Source: Myxococcota bacterium
GTDB taxonomy: Bacteria > Myxococcota_A > UBA796 > GCA-2862545
DNA: 64,000 nucleotides
Direction of reading: 5' to 3'
Assembly (NCBI GenBank): GCA_039208735.1
Contig: JBCCQY010000009.1
Location: 1 to 64,000, forward strand
A program made the translations under genes and the position numbers. The notes beneath the pieces were generated by a model that worked only from the letters and a program-made list of their open reading frames with translations, ran no database searches and was not told where the DNA came from. Within the stretch, counting starts at the first letter, position 1; each line of letters starts with the position of its first letter. Shown here piece by piece: positions 18,322 to 28,588 of the stretch.

Positions 18322-20949
18322 ATGACGACGATCGAGCACCAGCGCCTCGCGGTGAGCCAGGGCGACAGCGGATGGCGCCATTGGGGGCCGTACCTCGCCG
18401 AGCGTGCGTGGGGAACGGTTCGGGAGGACTACAGCGCCACCGGCGAGGCGTGGACCTATTTCCCCTTCGAGCACAGCCATCTGCGCGCGTACCGGTGGAA
18501 CGAAGATGGCCTGGCGGGACTGTGCGATGCAAAGCAACGCGTTTGTTTGGCGTTGGCGCTTTGGAACGGCCACGATCCGGTCCTCAAGGAACGCCTGTTC
18601 GGGCTGTCTGGCGTCCAGGGCAACCACGGTGAGGACGGAAAAGAACTGTACTACTTTCTCGATAGTACGCCGTCGCACTCCTACATGCACATGCGCTACA
18701 AGTACCCTCAGGAGCGGTTCCCCTACCAGGAGCTGATCGAAGGAAATGCGGCGCGGGGCAAGCACGAGCCCGAACTCGAACTCCTCGATGTGCTGGGTGA
18801 CGCCTTTCGGGACGGTCGCTATTTCGACGTGGATGTGGTGTACGCAAAGGCGGGCCCGGAAGACATCTGTTGTGTGATCACGGTCCACAACCGGGCGCCC
18901 GAGGCGGCCGTTCTGCATGTCCTGCCGCACTTATGGTTCCGCAACACCTGGTCCTGGGAGTCCGGTCGCGCCAGGCCCACCTTGCGACGGTCGGGGGATG
19001 GGGTTGAGGCGCGGGAGTCCCACCTGGGCACGCGCCACTGGTACGTCGAAGGGCCTGGCCGCCGCTTTTTGTTTACCGACAACGACACCAATCATGAGCG
19101 GCTCAATGGCGTCGCTCAGGCCTCGTTCACCAAAGATGGGATCGGTCGGGCCGTGATCGAGGGCGATGGGGCGGCGGTGGCGGAGGACGGACCCCACACC
19201 AAAGTGGCGGCGCACGTGAAGGTCGAGGTCCCGGCTGGAGGGTCGGTCACGGTCCGCTGGCGTTGGACGGATCGGGCCCTATCGGCGCCCTTTGCCGACC
19301 TCGCGTCCATCGTGGAACAGCGTCGCGCCGACGCCGATGACTTTTATCGTGCGGTCGCCCCCGAGGGCCTCACCGAGGCCGAGCGCCAGGTTCAGCGGCA
19401 GGCCTTCGCGGGATTGATGTGGACGAAACAGTTCTTCCATTTTGACGTTAATGACTGGCTCGACGGAGATCCCGCTCAGCCCGCGCCCCCTCCTCAGCGC
19501 CAGCAGGGTCGCAACCGTGAATGGCGACATCTCAACAACGCTGATGTCATCTCGATGCCAGACAGTTGGGAGTACCCTTGGTACGCGGTCTGGGATTTGG
19601 CCTTTCACTGTGTCCCTATCGCACAGATTGATCCGGCCTGGGCCAAGGAGCAGCTGATCCTCGTGATGCGCGAGTGGTACATGCACCCAAACGGGCAGAT
19701 TCCCGCCTATGAATGGGCCTTCGGTGATGTCAATCCGCCGGTTCATGCGTGGGCGGCATTGCAGGTCTACCGTATCGACCAGGCGATCACCGGCACGCCC
19801 GATGTGGCGTTTCTGGAACGGGTGCTCCACAAATTGATGCTCAACTTTACCTGGTGGGTCAATCGGAAAGACGACCAGGGCAACAACCTTTTTCAAGGTG
19901 GATTTCTAGGCCTCGACAACATCGGGGTGTTCGATCGAAGTCGGCCCCTGCCCACCGGCGGCATGCTGGAACAGGCCGATGGTACAGCTTGGATGGCCGC
20001 GTTTAGCCTTGATTTACTTGCGATCAGCCTCGAGGTGGCGTGCCATCGACCGGCCTACGAAGATGTTGCGACCAAGTTCTTTGAGCACTTCGTGTACATC
20101 GCCTCGGCCATGAGTCAGGCCCATGGTGGCCTATGGAGTGAGGCCGATGGCTTTTACTACGACGTGCTGCACCTGCCGGATGACTCCAAGGTACCGATGC
20201 GACTTCGCTCGTTCGTCGGTCTCATTCCCCTGTTTGCGGTGACGATGATCGATGAAGGGACGCTACAGAAGTTGCCGGAGTTCCGCGAGCGATTGATGTG
20301 GTTCGTCGAGCATCGTGCCGAGCTGGTCGAAGGAGTGCTCGTAGACCTTCCCGATCCTGAAGATGGCCGGTGCCTGCTGGCTGTGACGCCGCCGGACCGA
20401 CTGGCCCGCATCCTCGAGCGCGTCATGGACCCCGAACAATTCCTGGCGGAGCATGGGCTTCGCGCCATGTCCCGCGAACACCTGGAACACCCCTTCGAAC
20501 TGATGATGGGGGGACAACGGTACCGGGTGACTTACGAGCCAGGAGAATCCACGACGGGCTTGTTCGGTGGAAACTCGAACTGGCGTGGACCCATTTGGTT
20601 TCCCGTCAACTACTTGATGGTGGATTCCCTTCGGGAGTATCACCGGTTTTACGGCAATTCTCTCACGTTCAAGGTCCCGTGCTCCGACGACCCGATCACC
20701 TTGGAAGCCATGGCCGACGAGATTGGACGTCGTTTGATCACCTTGTTTCTGCCTGATGAAGAGGGCCGGCGCCCGGCGCACGGCGGGGATGCGCTGTACG
20801 CCACGTATCCCCACTTCCGTGACTTGGTGCTGTTCTACGAGTACTTCCACGGCGACAACGGACGGGGCATTGGGGCCAGTCACCAAACGGGGTGGACGGC
20901 CCTCGTGGCGTCGTTGTTGGATCCCCGAGTGTCTCGGGAGGACGGCTGA
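18322..20949 (+). CDS. GH63/MGH1-like glucosidase
   Basis: WGPYLAERAWGTVREDYS, SMPDSWEYPW, NSNWRGPIW and EYFHGDNGRGIGASHQTGWT. Confidence 0.93.
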   Translation: MTTIEHQRLAVSQGDSGWRHWGPYLAERAWGTVREDYSATGEAWTYFPFEHSHLRAYRWNEDGLAGLCDAKQRVCLALALWNGHDPVLKERLFGLSGVQGNHGEDGKELYYFLDSTPSHSYMHMRYKYPQERFPYQELIEGNAARGKHEPELELLDVLGDAFRDGRYFDVDVVYAKAGPEDICCVITVHNRAPEAAVLHVLPHLWFRNTWSWESGRARPTLRRSGDGVEARESHLGTRHWYVEGPGRRFLFTDNDTNHERLNGVAQASFTKDGIGRAVIEGDGAAVAEDGPHTKVAAHVKVEVPAGGSVTVRWRWTDRALSAPFADLASIVEQRRADADDFYRAVAPEGLTEAERQVQRQAFAGLMWTKQFFHFDVNDWLDGDPAQPAPPPQRQQGRNREWRHLNNADVISMPDSWEYPWYAVWDLAFHCVPIAQIDPAWAKEQLILVMREWYMHPNGQIPAYEWAFGDVNPPVHAWAALQVYRIDQAITGTPDVAFLERVLHKLMLNFTWWVNRKDDQGNNLFQGGFLGLDNIGVFDRSRPLPTGGMLEQADGTAWMAAFSLDLLAISLEVACHRPAYEDVATKFFEHFVYIASAMSQAHGGLWSEADGFYYDVLHLPDDSKVPMRLRSFVGLIPLFAVTMIDEGTLQKLPEFRERLMWFVEHRAELVEGVLVDLPDPEDGRCLLAVTPPDRLARILERVMDPEQFLAEHGLRAMSREHLEHPFELMMGGQRYRVTYEPGESTTGLFGGNSNWRGPIWFPVNYLMVDSLREYHRFYGNSLTFKVPCSDDPITLEAMADEIGRRLITLFLPDEEGRRPAHGGDALYATYPHFRDLVLFYEYFHGDNGRGIGASHQTGWTALVASLLDPRVSREDG

Positions 20950-21636
20950 TGGACCCGGGGTCTGAAACGCCCCTATGACGAGCGTTTGTCGGAACTCATG
21001 GTGCAGACCACCATCCATTTGGTCGAAGAGACGGGGGCCTGTATTGGCTATACCCAGTCCGACGAGATCAGTTTGGTACTCGAAAACCGCGAAGGGGAGT
21101 TGTATCTCCGGGGGCGGGTGCAAAAACTCACCTCGATCCTCGCCTCCATGGCCACGGCATTCTTCAATCTGAAGGTGCAGGCTTCGATTCCCGAGCGAGC
21201 CGAGCGACCGGCCCTCTTCGATTGCCGAGCGTTTGTGGTTCCCAGCCGGGAGGAGGCGGCAAACGTGCTGCTGTGGCGGGAACTCGATGCGACTAAGAAC
21301 TCGGTATCCATGGCGTCAAGACACCACTATGGCCATGGTGAGCTGATGAACAAGTCCCAATCCGAGATGCAGGATTTGCTGCACGAGGTGGGCGTGAATT
21401 GGAACGACTACCCATCGTTCTTCAAACGCGGCACGTTCGTACAACGCCGCAAGGTCTTGCGACCGTTTTCCGACGAAGAACGGGACCATCTTCCCGAAAA
21501 GCACGCCGCGCGCACCCAGCCCGACCTCGTGGTTGAGCGCACGACCATTGCACCCGTGGAGATGCCGCCATTTCGGCGGGTCACCAATCGGACCGCCGTC
21601 GTCTTCGAAGGGTCACAGCCGGTGGTTGGTCCGTGA
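20949..21636 (+). pseudogene. Thg1-like (tRNA-His guanylyltransferase family) gene with N-terminal deletion
   Basis: WTRGLKRPYD, YTQSDEISL, FDCR, WRELDATKNS and NWNDYP..FKRG are present. The N-terminal RxDG segment is absent and the RBS-preceded ATG at 20949 is out of frame. Confidence 0.8.
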
Positions 21637-21760
21637 TCTCTCACTCCAGCCGCTCGCGTCCCACGGGAGTGCGACGTCGTGCGAAGCGTCACCTTCCACC
21701 CAGTGGGCATTGGACGCAAGAACCATGGGGCGGGGAACGTAGGCGGCACAGGGGGCGGAA

Positions 21761-22636
21761 ATGCGCCAAGGTTGGTGGAACTTGCCACGCTTCGTGGTGG
21801 TCGACGTGTTGCAGTCCTGGCCACGAGATCGGGAAGCGGCACCCGAAGTATTTTCCTGGCTTGGGTGGGCCGCCTGGATTGCGCTGTGTGTCCTCGTAGG
21901 GCTTGGGGTGGACGTGGCGGTTGAGGCCGGACTGGGGGTGCAGCGGCCTCGCCTGGTCCCTTCGGCCGCGGTGGTCTTGTTCGCGGGCGTCGTCGCGGTT
22001 CGATTGCGGCGTCTCCTACGCTCGGCCGATGAGGTTCAAAGCGCCTTGCGGGGCAGCCTTCATGTTGTTGCGCTGGCTGCATTGGTCCTGGTGGTGTTGC
22101 ATGTGGGGGCGGTTGAGCTTCATGCGGCAATGCGCCCCACGGAAGTGCAAGGTGTCGCATCGCTCCTCGTCGACGGGTGGGCGAAGGGACTCATCGAGGG
22201 CTACGAAGGCTCGATTCCGTTGCCCACCTTGCGAACGCCGGTCGCGCAAGCCGCCGTGGGAGGCCTGCAGCTGGCCTGGGCGGTGACCCTGGTGGTGGCT
22301 TGGCTGGCATCGTCAAGGTTTGTGCTTGCGTTTTTCGAGGTGCTCATCCCCGGGTTGCTCGGCGGGGTGGCCCTTGAAGCCACCATGTTGCTCGGTTCCG
22401 TCGGCGGGCAGATCGCAGGGTGGTTCGTGAGTTGGGTGGTGCCAAGCTCCTGGTTCGGTCTGGTGGATGCGGTTGAAATTGGAGCCGAGCTTCTCGTCAT
22501 CTGGGTGCAGGTGTCGTGGGTCGCAGCGGTGGGGTGGCTCCTCGCCAGCGACATCGTGCCTCGGGCCCTCCTGCAGGACCGATGGCCCTTTCTCGACACG
22601 GTCCGCGGCCTGTGGGCTTGGTTCTTCACTCGATGA
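21761..22636 (+). CDS. Multi-pass membrane hypothetical protein
   Basis: About 6-7 hydrophobic segments. Confidence 0.65.
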   Translation: MRQGWWNLPRFVVVDVLQSWPRDREAAPEVFSWLGWAAWIALCVLVGLGVDVAVEAGLGVQRPRLVPSAAVVLFAGVVAVRLRRLLRSADEVQSALRGSLHVVALAALVLVVLHVGAVELHAAMRPTEVQGVASLLVDGWAKGLIEGYEGSIPLPTLRTPVAQAAVGGLQLAWAVTLVVAWLASSRFVLAFFEVLIPGLLGGVALEATMLLGSVGGQIAGWFVSWVVPSSWFGLVDAVEIGAELLVIWVQVSWVAAVGWLLASDIVPRALLQDRWPFLDTVRGLWAWFFTR

Positions 22637-23711
22637 ATCGGTCCCACAGCCACGCCTCGAAGGGGCTGCTCACCTGCAGGTGCACGGTGGTTGAGCCCAG
22701 GTCCTCGAACACCTGGTTGCCCAATTCGCCGGTTTCGCCAGTGGTGGGTGGGGCAAGGTCCGGCCAACCTGCTTCGATGACGCGGCCGGTTGCGCCGCCG
22801 CCTCCTCCGCTATCGGTGACGAACAACCGTCCGTCCGCCGTGAGTTCGACTCCACGCAAGAACGTGAAGGGGCCTACGTCATCGCCCGGTGCAAGGTCTG
22901 CGACGTAGGTGGGAGCCATCGTGGGGTCCGAGGTGACGGCGAGCCCCACGCTGCCCTGGTTGGTGGCGATTCCTTCGGTGTGTGCCCAGAGCAGCCACCA
23001 CTGCCCATCGACCTCTCGTAGGATGGGGCAGTGGGGGACGCCGACCGAACCGGTGGCGGGGAAGCGCCAGACGAAGGTGGGGTCATCGGGCGTAGTGATG
23101 TCCCACATCGTAATGCGACCGCTGGCCGGTCGATGGGACACGACGACATAGGTGCGGCCGTTGTAATCGAGTCGTTCGGCACCGTTTGGATTGTCGATAA
23201 ACTCCGCGTTGTCCGACCCAAGGGTGCGCAACGGTGCATCTGAGCCGCCATCGCCCGCGATCCAGGTGAGCTGATGCGCGAGCGTCTCTACGACAAACAC
23301 GCTGTTATCAGCTGGATCGCGAATCACGTCATGGGGAAACGCGAAGCCATCGAGGCGGAAGTCGAGGTTCCCGTCGAGATCGACACGTGCGATGCCGCCG
23401 GAGCGTCCCCCAGGCCCTCCGCCGCCACCGGTCGTGAACGACAACAGCAAGCCGTTCCCATCAGGACTGGAGCCCTCGGCGCCGCAGGATGCGCAGTTGC
23501 CGACGAGTTCAGTCCACGTATGGGACGCGACGGTGGCACCGTCGAGACCGAGGAACGTCACGCCGTTGGCATGGGGAACGACAAGCACGTCTCCTTCGCC
23601 TGACCCAGCGGTTGGCGCGACCATCGGGGAGCCCGAGTCGCCCCCCATGCCCTGTGAATCGCTCCCTGCAGAGCATCCCACGACGAACAACAAACTCACG
23701 AAATGGCGCAT
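22626..23711 (-). CDS. Lipoprotein, probable beta-propeller
   Basis: Lipobox VVGC; NHL-like FPHDV, NPNGA and DGRLFVTDS motifs. Confidence 0.75.
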   Translation of the reverse strand: MRHFVSLLFVVGCSAGSDSQGMGGDSGSPMVAPTAGSGEGDVLVVPHANGVTFLGLDGATVASHTWTELVGNCASCGAEGSSPDGNGLLLSFTTGGGGGPGGRSGGIARVDLDGNLDFRLDGFAFPHDVIRDPADNSVFVVETLAHQLTWIAGDGGSDAPLRTLGSDNAEFIDNPNGAERLDYNGRTYVVVSHRPASGRITMWDITTPDDPTFVWRFPATGSVGVPHCPILREVDGQWWLLWAHTEGIATNQGSVGLAVTSDPTMAPTYVADLAPGDDVGPFTFLRGVELTADGRLFVTDSGGGGGATGRVIEAGWPDLAPPTTGETGELGNQVFEDLGSTTVHLQVSSPFEAWLWDRFIE

Positions 23712-23795
23712 CGAGTGGTCTCCCAACCTGACTTTGTCAGCGGGAAGCTTACGTGCCGTCGGAGTTTGGGTATGCGTTCGTCAGCGTTTGTCAGC

Positions 23796-24434
23796 TCAGC
23801 CGACAGCCTCGGTGAGTCGGGTCCACAGTCGCTTGGCAAACGGCGGACGGAGCTGACGGCGTACGAAGGTTTCACCCAGACGACGTTGGTGGCGGACCGA
23901 GCGTTCCCGCCACGCTTCGGGCAGGTACTTCACGGCACTAATGTCGCTCGTGGTGATGGGGTGGAAACCACAAAATTGCAGCGTTCCCCGCACCACCGAC
24001 CGGTGGGCCGAATCTCGGTAGAGCAAGGAGTAGATGGGGCGAGGGGAGTCCATCGTGACGATGACGTGAGCAGACCGGCCGCGCAGCAGCTTTTCCGGCA
24101 GTGGCCACACGTCGGGAAAACGAAACGCGAACCCAGGCAAGAAGGTTCGGTCGAGAAAGCCCTTGAGAAGTGCCGGAGCGGCGCCCCACCACACTGGAAA
24201 GGCCAACACGAGATGGTCCGCCCATAGCAGGGCCTTTTGTGCCTCGATCAGGTCGGGTTCGAGGGGCTGGATTTCCGCGTAGCCCTTCCGCAACACTGGA
24301 TCGAACGTCAGCTCGGACAAGTCGACGACCCGAACGTCCGCGCCCGCCGCCGCAGCGCCTTCGAGGTACGCGTCTGCGAGCGCCCGATTGAAAGCCTCGG
24401 GGTTGGGATGGCCGTGGATGAGCAGCACCTTCAT
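23796..24434 (-). CDS. Flavodoxin-fold NAD(P)H dehydrogenase (quinone)
   Basis: MKVLLIHGHP and FPVWWGAAPALLKGFLDR. Confidence 0.92.
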   Translation of the reverse strand: MKVLLIHGHPNPEAFNRALADAYLEGAAAAGADVRVVDLSELTFDPVLRKGYAEIQPLEPDLIEAQKALLWADHLVLAFPVWWGAAPALLKGFLDRTFLPGFAFRFPDVWPLPEKLLRGRSAHVIVTMDSPRPIYSLLYRDSAHRSVVRGTLQFCGFHPITTSDISAVKYLPEAWRERSVRHQRRLGETFVRRQLRPPFAKRLWTRLTEAVG

Positions 24435-24510
24435 GGGATCCTCACGTCGCGCAGCGTATCGATCGATCCCCACATCTGACGTCGCTTGCCAAACCAGGTA
24501 CCGTACGCCG

Positions 24511-25161
24511 ATGGGCAATCCAACGAAAGCTGAACTCATTTCGGCGCCACCGGGCTCCGTCGACACCCAGGCCCTCCGGTTCGAGGGCCTTCGCGGTGAC
24601 CCCAGCCGCCACCTCGATCGCGCCGAACTCCTCCGCCGATTGGACGCCTTGCCCGCTGCGCCTCGGGACGAGGGTACGCTCGATCGGTTGCTCGCTCGAG
24701 GTCCTGACGGATCCCGCAAGCCCTTGAACTCAGCCATGCTCACCGTGGAAGGAGGGCTTCCGGGAGACCGCTGGGCCGACTCGCCAAAGTACGGGCCGGA
24801 TTATCAGCTTGCGACCATTCGAACGGATTATGCACGCGTGGTTGCCAATGGCCAAGATTTGGCGCTGCACGGTGACAATCTCTTTGTGTCGCTCGATCTG
24901 TCGGCCGACAATCTCCCGATTGGCTCGCAGCTGGCGTTGGGGGATGCTCGGTTGGAGGTGACGCCGGTCGCCCACAACGGTTGCAAGAAATGGGTGCAGC
25001 GGTTCGGCTTGGCTGCGATGCAGCTTCACTTGGAGGCCGCGATGCGCCCTCGCAACCTTCGAGGGATCTACTTGCGGGTTGTGGTCGAAGGCGAAGTGAA
25101 GGTTGGCGATGGGGTACGGGTGTTGCGTCGAGGCTTTGGACCAACGGGAGAGATCGGATGA
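24511..25161 (+). CDS. MOSC domain protein
   Basis: GLPGDRW, GDNL, HNGCKKW and RGIYLRVV.EG.V.VGD. Confidence 0.85.
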   Translation: MGNPTKAELISAPPGSVDTQALRFEGLRGDPSRHLDRAELLRRLDALPAAPRDEGTLDRLLARGPDGSRKPLNSAMLTVEGGLPGDRWADSPKYGPDYQLATIRTDYARVVANGQDLALHGDNLFVSLDLSADNLPIGSQLALGDARLEVTPVAHNGCKKWVQRFGLAAMQLHLEAAMRPRNLRGIYLRVVVEGEVKVGDGVRVLRRGFGPTGEIG

Positions 25162-25538
25162 CCACGGGGTCGTGTCTTTGTGGAGCGGTGCGCTTCGCCA
25201 TCGACATTGAGCTTCGGCCGGCGGTGGCCTGCCACTGCTCGCAGTGCCGAAAGCAGTCGGGTCACTTCTGGGTGTCGACCGAGGTCGAACGCGATCGGCT
25301 CACCATCGAAGGGGAGGACCAGCTCACGTGGTACCGAGCGAGCGCCAAAGTCCGTCGCGGATTTTGTAAGGTCTGCGGCTCGTTTTTGTTCTGGGAACCG
25401 CTTCGGGGCAAACGCGTTGCGGTGGCCATGGGGGCCTTGGATTCACCAACGGAAACCCAGCTTGCCCAGCACATCTTTACGGCCGATAAGGGCGACTATT
25501 ACGAAATTCATGATGGGTTGCCCCAAAACCGCCAGTGA
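25158..25538 (+). CDS. GFA/CENP-V family zinc protein
   Basis: GSCLCG, CHCSQCRK and FCKVCGS; ATGA overlap. Confidence 0.92.
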   Translation: MTTGSCLCGAVRFAIDIELRPAVACHCSQCRKQSGHFWVSTEVERDRLTIEGEDQLTWYRASAKVRRGFCKVCGSFLFWEPLRGKRVAVAMGALDSPTETQLAQHIFTADKGDYYEIHDGLPQNRQ

Positions 25539-28500
25539 ACGAAGGCCCCGCTTCGATTAGGTGCGAGCTGTCCAAGGGGGCCGTCTTGCCATCTTCACCG
25601 TGGCGCTTGGGTTTCGTCTTGCTGGTTCTTGGCTGTGAGGGCACGCCGCGGCTCGATGGGCTGGACCGAGCCGCCGCTCACCTTTCGCAAAGCGGGCTTG
25701 TCGTTGAGCTGCAGCTCGAGGATCGAAGTGGCGCCGTCACGATCGTCGATACGACGCCGGCTGGGTTGACCCAGCCGCGGGACCCCCAGAATCCGGCCCC
25801 CGCGGGGGGCGGAAAGGTGGATGTGACCGATGCAAATGGCAACGTGACGGGAGGTCTGTGGCCGGGCTACGCCGGCGTGGGCTACCTCGACATGGGCAGC
25901 GACATTGGTGATGCCATCGCGTTTGACGTCGATGCACCCGTGGCGGGATCGCACCGCTTCACCTTTCGGTTTGCCAATGGCTCGAGTGCGAATCGCCCCA
26001 TGGCGCTAACGGTGCAAGACGGTCCGTCTGTGCGGCTGGATTTTCCGTCGACGGGAAGCTGGGGCACTTGGCAAGACGCCGAGATCAGCCTTGACTTGAC
26101 CGAGGGAACGAGCACCCTTCGCCTGGCCAATACGGTGGCCAATGGTCCGAACCTCGACCAGGTGACCGTCACGGGTCCGCCTCCCCCGCTGCCGGATGTC
26201 GAGGTGCAGTTCGAAGACCGTACCGGGGTGGTGGTCATCGACGATGTCACCCCCGGAAGCCCCACGCGGCCGCTCGACCCCCAAACTCCTGCGGCCAGTG
26301 GGGGAGGCCGTGAGGACGTGGTCGACGCCAATGGCAACGTGATCGGAGGCTTGTGGGGCGGCTACACGGGCGTCGGCTATCTCGACATGGGCGGTGATCC
26401 GGGAGACGCCGTCGAGGCTTTCGTCGGCTTCCAGCCTGGCCCCGCGACCCTTGTGGTGCGGTTTGCCAATGGCAGCGCGTCGAATCGACCGATGGATGTG
26501 GCGGTCGACGATGGGACGGCGCAGCGCTTGGACTTCCCTCCGACCGGGCGCTGGGACACCTGGCAAGAGGTCGCGCTGGACGTTGACCTCGGGGCCAACA
26601 CGGCGGTCGTGCGAATGGCCAACCATCTTGGGGGAGGCCCAAATCTGGATCGGCTCGTGGTCACCGCGTTCGTCGATGGAGACGGGGATGGATTGTCGGA
26701 CGCCGTGGAGTTGCTCACCGAGGGAACCGACCCGAGCTTGGTCGACACCGACGGCGACGGCATTGGGGATGGTCAGGAGGTAACGGCGGGCACCGATCCC
26801 ACCGACCCGGCGGATCCCATGCCATCCGCTATGGCCCCGCGACCCAACATCGTGTTGATCTTGGCCGACGACTTGGGATGGTCGGACATTGGTGCCTACG
26901 GCAGTGAAATCCGAACGCCCCATCTCGACAGCCTCGCCGACCAAGGGCTCCGCTTCACGACCTTCCTCAACACGGCCAAGTGCTTCCCCACGCGCAGTGC
27001 CTTGCTCACCGGCGTGTACGCGCAGCAAACGGGGACCGACCGTTCGGCCAACTCGTCGATCTCGAACGCCGTGACCCTGGGTGAGGTGCTGGACGACGCC
27101 CAATACACCACGCTGATGTCGGGCAAACACCACGGCCTCGACAATCCCTACGATCGAGGTTTCGACCGCAGCTACGGCTTGCGCGACGGGGCCATCAATT
27201 ACTTCAATCCAGGGTTGCAGCGGACCGGTGAGCCCGACCCCGCTCGCAAGCGCAATACCCGGTACTGGATGATTGACGATCAGGTGTTCCTGACCCGGGA
27301 TGCGACCCGACAGTCGACGTTTCCCTCCGATTTCTACATCACCGATGCGTTCACGGACCAAGCCCTCGCGTATCTCGACGACTACGGCCAAGGGCCAGAC
27401 CCGTTCTTCCTCTACCTGGCCTACACGGCTCCTCACGACCCCTTGCACGCGCCCGCAGCCGATATCGCCCGGTACGATGGGGTCTACGATGTGGGCTACC
27501 AGGTCATCCCTGATGCGCGGTACGCGCGGCAGCTTGCCGATGGGCTGCTGACGGCGAGCCAGTTTCCGTTGAGCGCTCCGACCCACCGGGATTGGGGCAC
27601 GTTGTCGGCCAACGAGCGAGACATCGAGGCGACACGCATGGAGGTGTATGCCGCGATGGTGGACCGCATGGACCAAAACATCGGGCGAATCATCACGAAG
27701 CTCCAACAGCTTGGTGTGTACGACAACACCCTCATTCTGTTTGCGTCCGACAACGGGGCTTCAGACGAGGTCGTCGACATTGGGACGGATCCGATCGGAA
27801 CCATCGGACGTTGGGCCTCACTGCGCGGCGACTGGGCCAACGTGGCTAACACGCCGTTTCGTCGATTCAAGAACCGAACGACGATGGGCGGCATTGCGAG
27901 TCCCCTCATTGCCCACTGGCCGAACGGCATTCAAAGCCCCGGTCGAGTGGTGCACGATCCGGTGCACATCGTAGACGTGATGCCCACGTTCCTCGACCTT
28001 AGCGGGGCCACCTACCCTCGTCGGTTTGGCAACGAGGACGTCGTTCCGATGCAAGGGGCGAGTTTTGTGCCGCTGTTGCGGAACGAAGCAGGCCGAGTCG
28101 CATTGCCTTACTTCTTCGAGTGGCGCAACGACGTCGCCATTGTCAACGGGAACGACAAGCTCGTGCGGAGCGGCAACGGGGCCTGGCAGCTGTATGCCCT
28201 GGACCAAGACGCCACCGAAACGACGAACCGAGCCACGCAGGAGCCCCTTCTTCGCGACGAGTTGGCCGACGCATGGACTGCATGGACGACGTGGGCAACG
28301 GCAACCCCGCCCGACGCGATCGACGACGCGGTGGTGGCCACGGTGGGCGGCACCACGGTGATCGATGTGCTGGCCAATGATGTGGCTCCGGGAGCGCCCC
28401 TCGACGTGGAATCGGTAGCGGTTCATGTCCGACCCGGGGCGGGTGACGTCACCGTGAACCCCGATGGACGCCTGACCTACACGTCGACGGCGACGGCCCC

Positions 28501-28585
28501 TCTCATCGATCGGCTGTCCTACACGGTTCGCGACCAGGATGGCGCGGTCTCGCATCGCGCGACGGTCACCCTGAACGTGCAGTAG
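25535..28585 (+). CDS. Modular arylsulfatase lipoprotein: 2x CBM6/35-like, Ca-binding repeats, sulfatase, Ig-like domain
   Basis: ILADDLG, CFPTR (formylglycine motif), GKHH, YTAPH and SDNG; two GY.G.GY...RFANG..W domains; DGDGDGLSD; C-terminal DAIDD...DVLAND. Start is uncertain. Confidence 0.9.
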   Translation: MNEGPASIRCELSKGAVLPSSPWRLGFVLLVLGCEGTPRLDGLDRAAAHLSQSGLVVELQLEDRSGAVTIVDTTPAGLTQPRDPQNPAPAGGGKVDVTDANGNVTGGLWPGYAGVGYLDMGSDIGDAIAFDVDAPVAGSHRFTFRFANGSSANRPMALTVQDGPSVRLDFPSTGSWGTWQDAEISLDLTEGTSTLRLANTVANGPNLDQVTVTGPPPPLPDVEVQFEDRTGVVVIDDVTPGSPTRPLDPQTPAASGGGREDVVDANGNVIGGLWGGYTGVGYLDMGGDPGDAVEAFVGFQPGPATLVVRFANGSASNRPMDVAVDDGTAQRLDFPPTGRWDTWQEVALDVDLGANTAVVRMANHLGGGPNLDRLVVTAFVDGDGDGLSDAVELLTEGTDPSLVDTDGDGIGDGQEVTAGTDPTDPADPMPSAMAPRPNIVLILADDLGWSDIGAYGSEIRTPHLDSLADQGLRFTTFLNTAKCFPTRSALLTGVYAQQTGTDRSANSSISNAVTLGEVLDDAQYTTLMSGKHHGLDNPYDRGFDRSYGLRDGAINYFNPGLQRTGEPDPARKRNTRYWMIDDQVFLTRDATRQSTFPSDFYITDAFTDQALAYLDDYGQGPDPFFLYLAYTAPHDPLHAPAADIARYDGVYDVGYQVIPDARYARQLADGLLTASQFPLSAPTHRDWGTLSANERDIEATRMEVYAAMVDRMDQNIGRIITKLQQLGVYDNTLILFASDNGASDEVVDIGTDPIGTIGRWASLRGDWANVANTPFRRFKNRTTMGGIASPLIAHWPNGIQSPGRVVHDPVHIVDVMPTFLDLSGATYPRRFGNEDVVPMQGASFVPLLRNEAGRVALPYFFEWRNDVAIVNGNDKLVRSGNGAWQLYALDQDATETTNRATQEPLLRDELADAWTAWTTWATATPPDAIDDAVVATVGGTTVIDVLANDVAPGAPLDVESVAVHVRPGAGDVTVNPDGRLTYTSTATAPLIDRLSYTVRDQDGAVSHRATVTLNVQ
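25712..26670 (+). repeat. Intragenic duplication of the CBM-like module, 495-nt period
   Basis: QLEDRSG at 25712 and QFEDRTG at 26207, both followed by DANGNV.GGLW.GY.GVGYLDMG. Confidence 0.85.
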
Positions 28586-28588
28586 CGG

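Noticed and set aside
26006..27706. Long antisense ORFs (566 aa here; also 2186-3658, 16284-17681, 53493-54866)
   Set aside because: They lie opposite motif-supported genes and have no motifs of their own, as expected in high-GC DNA.
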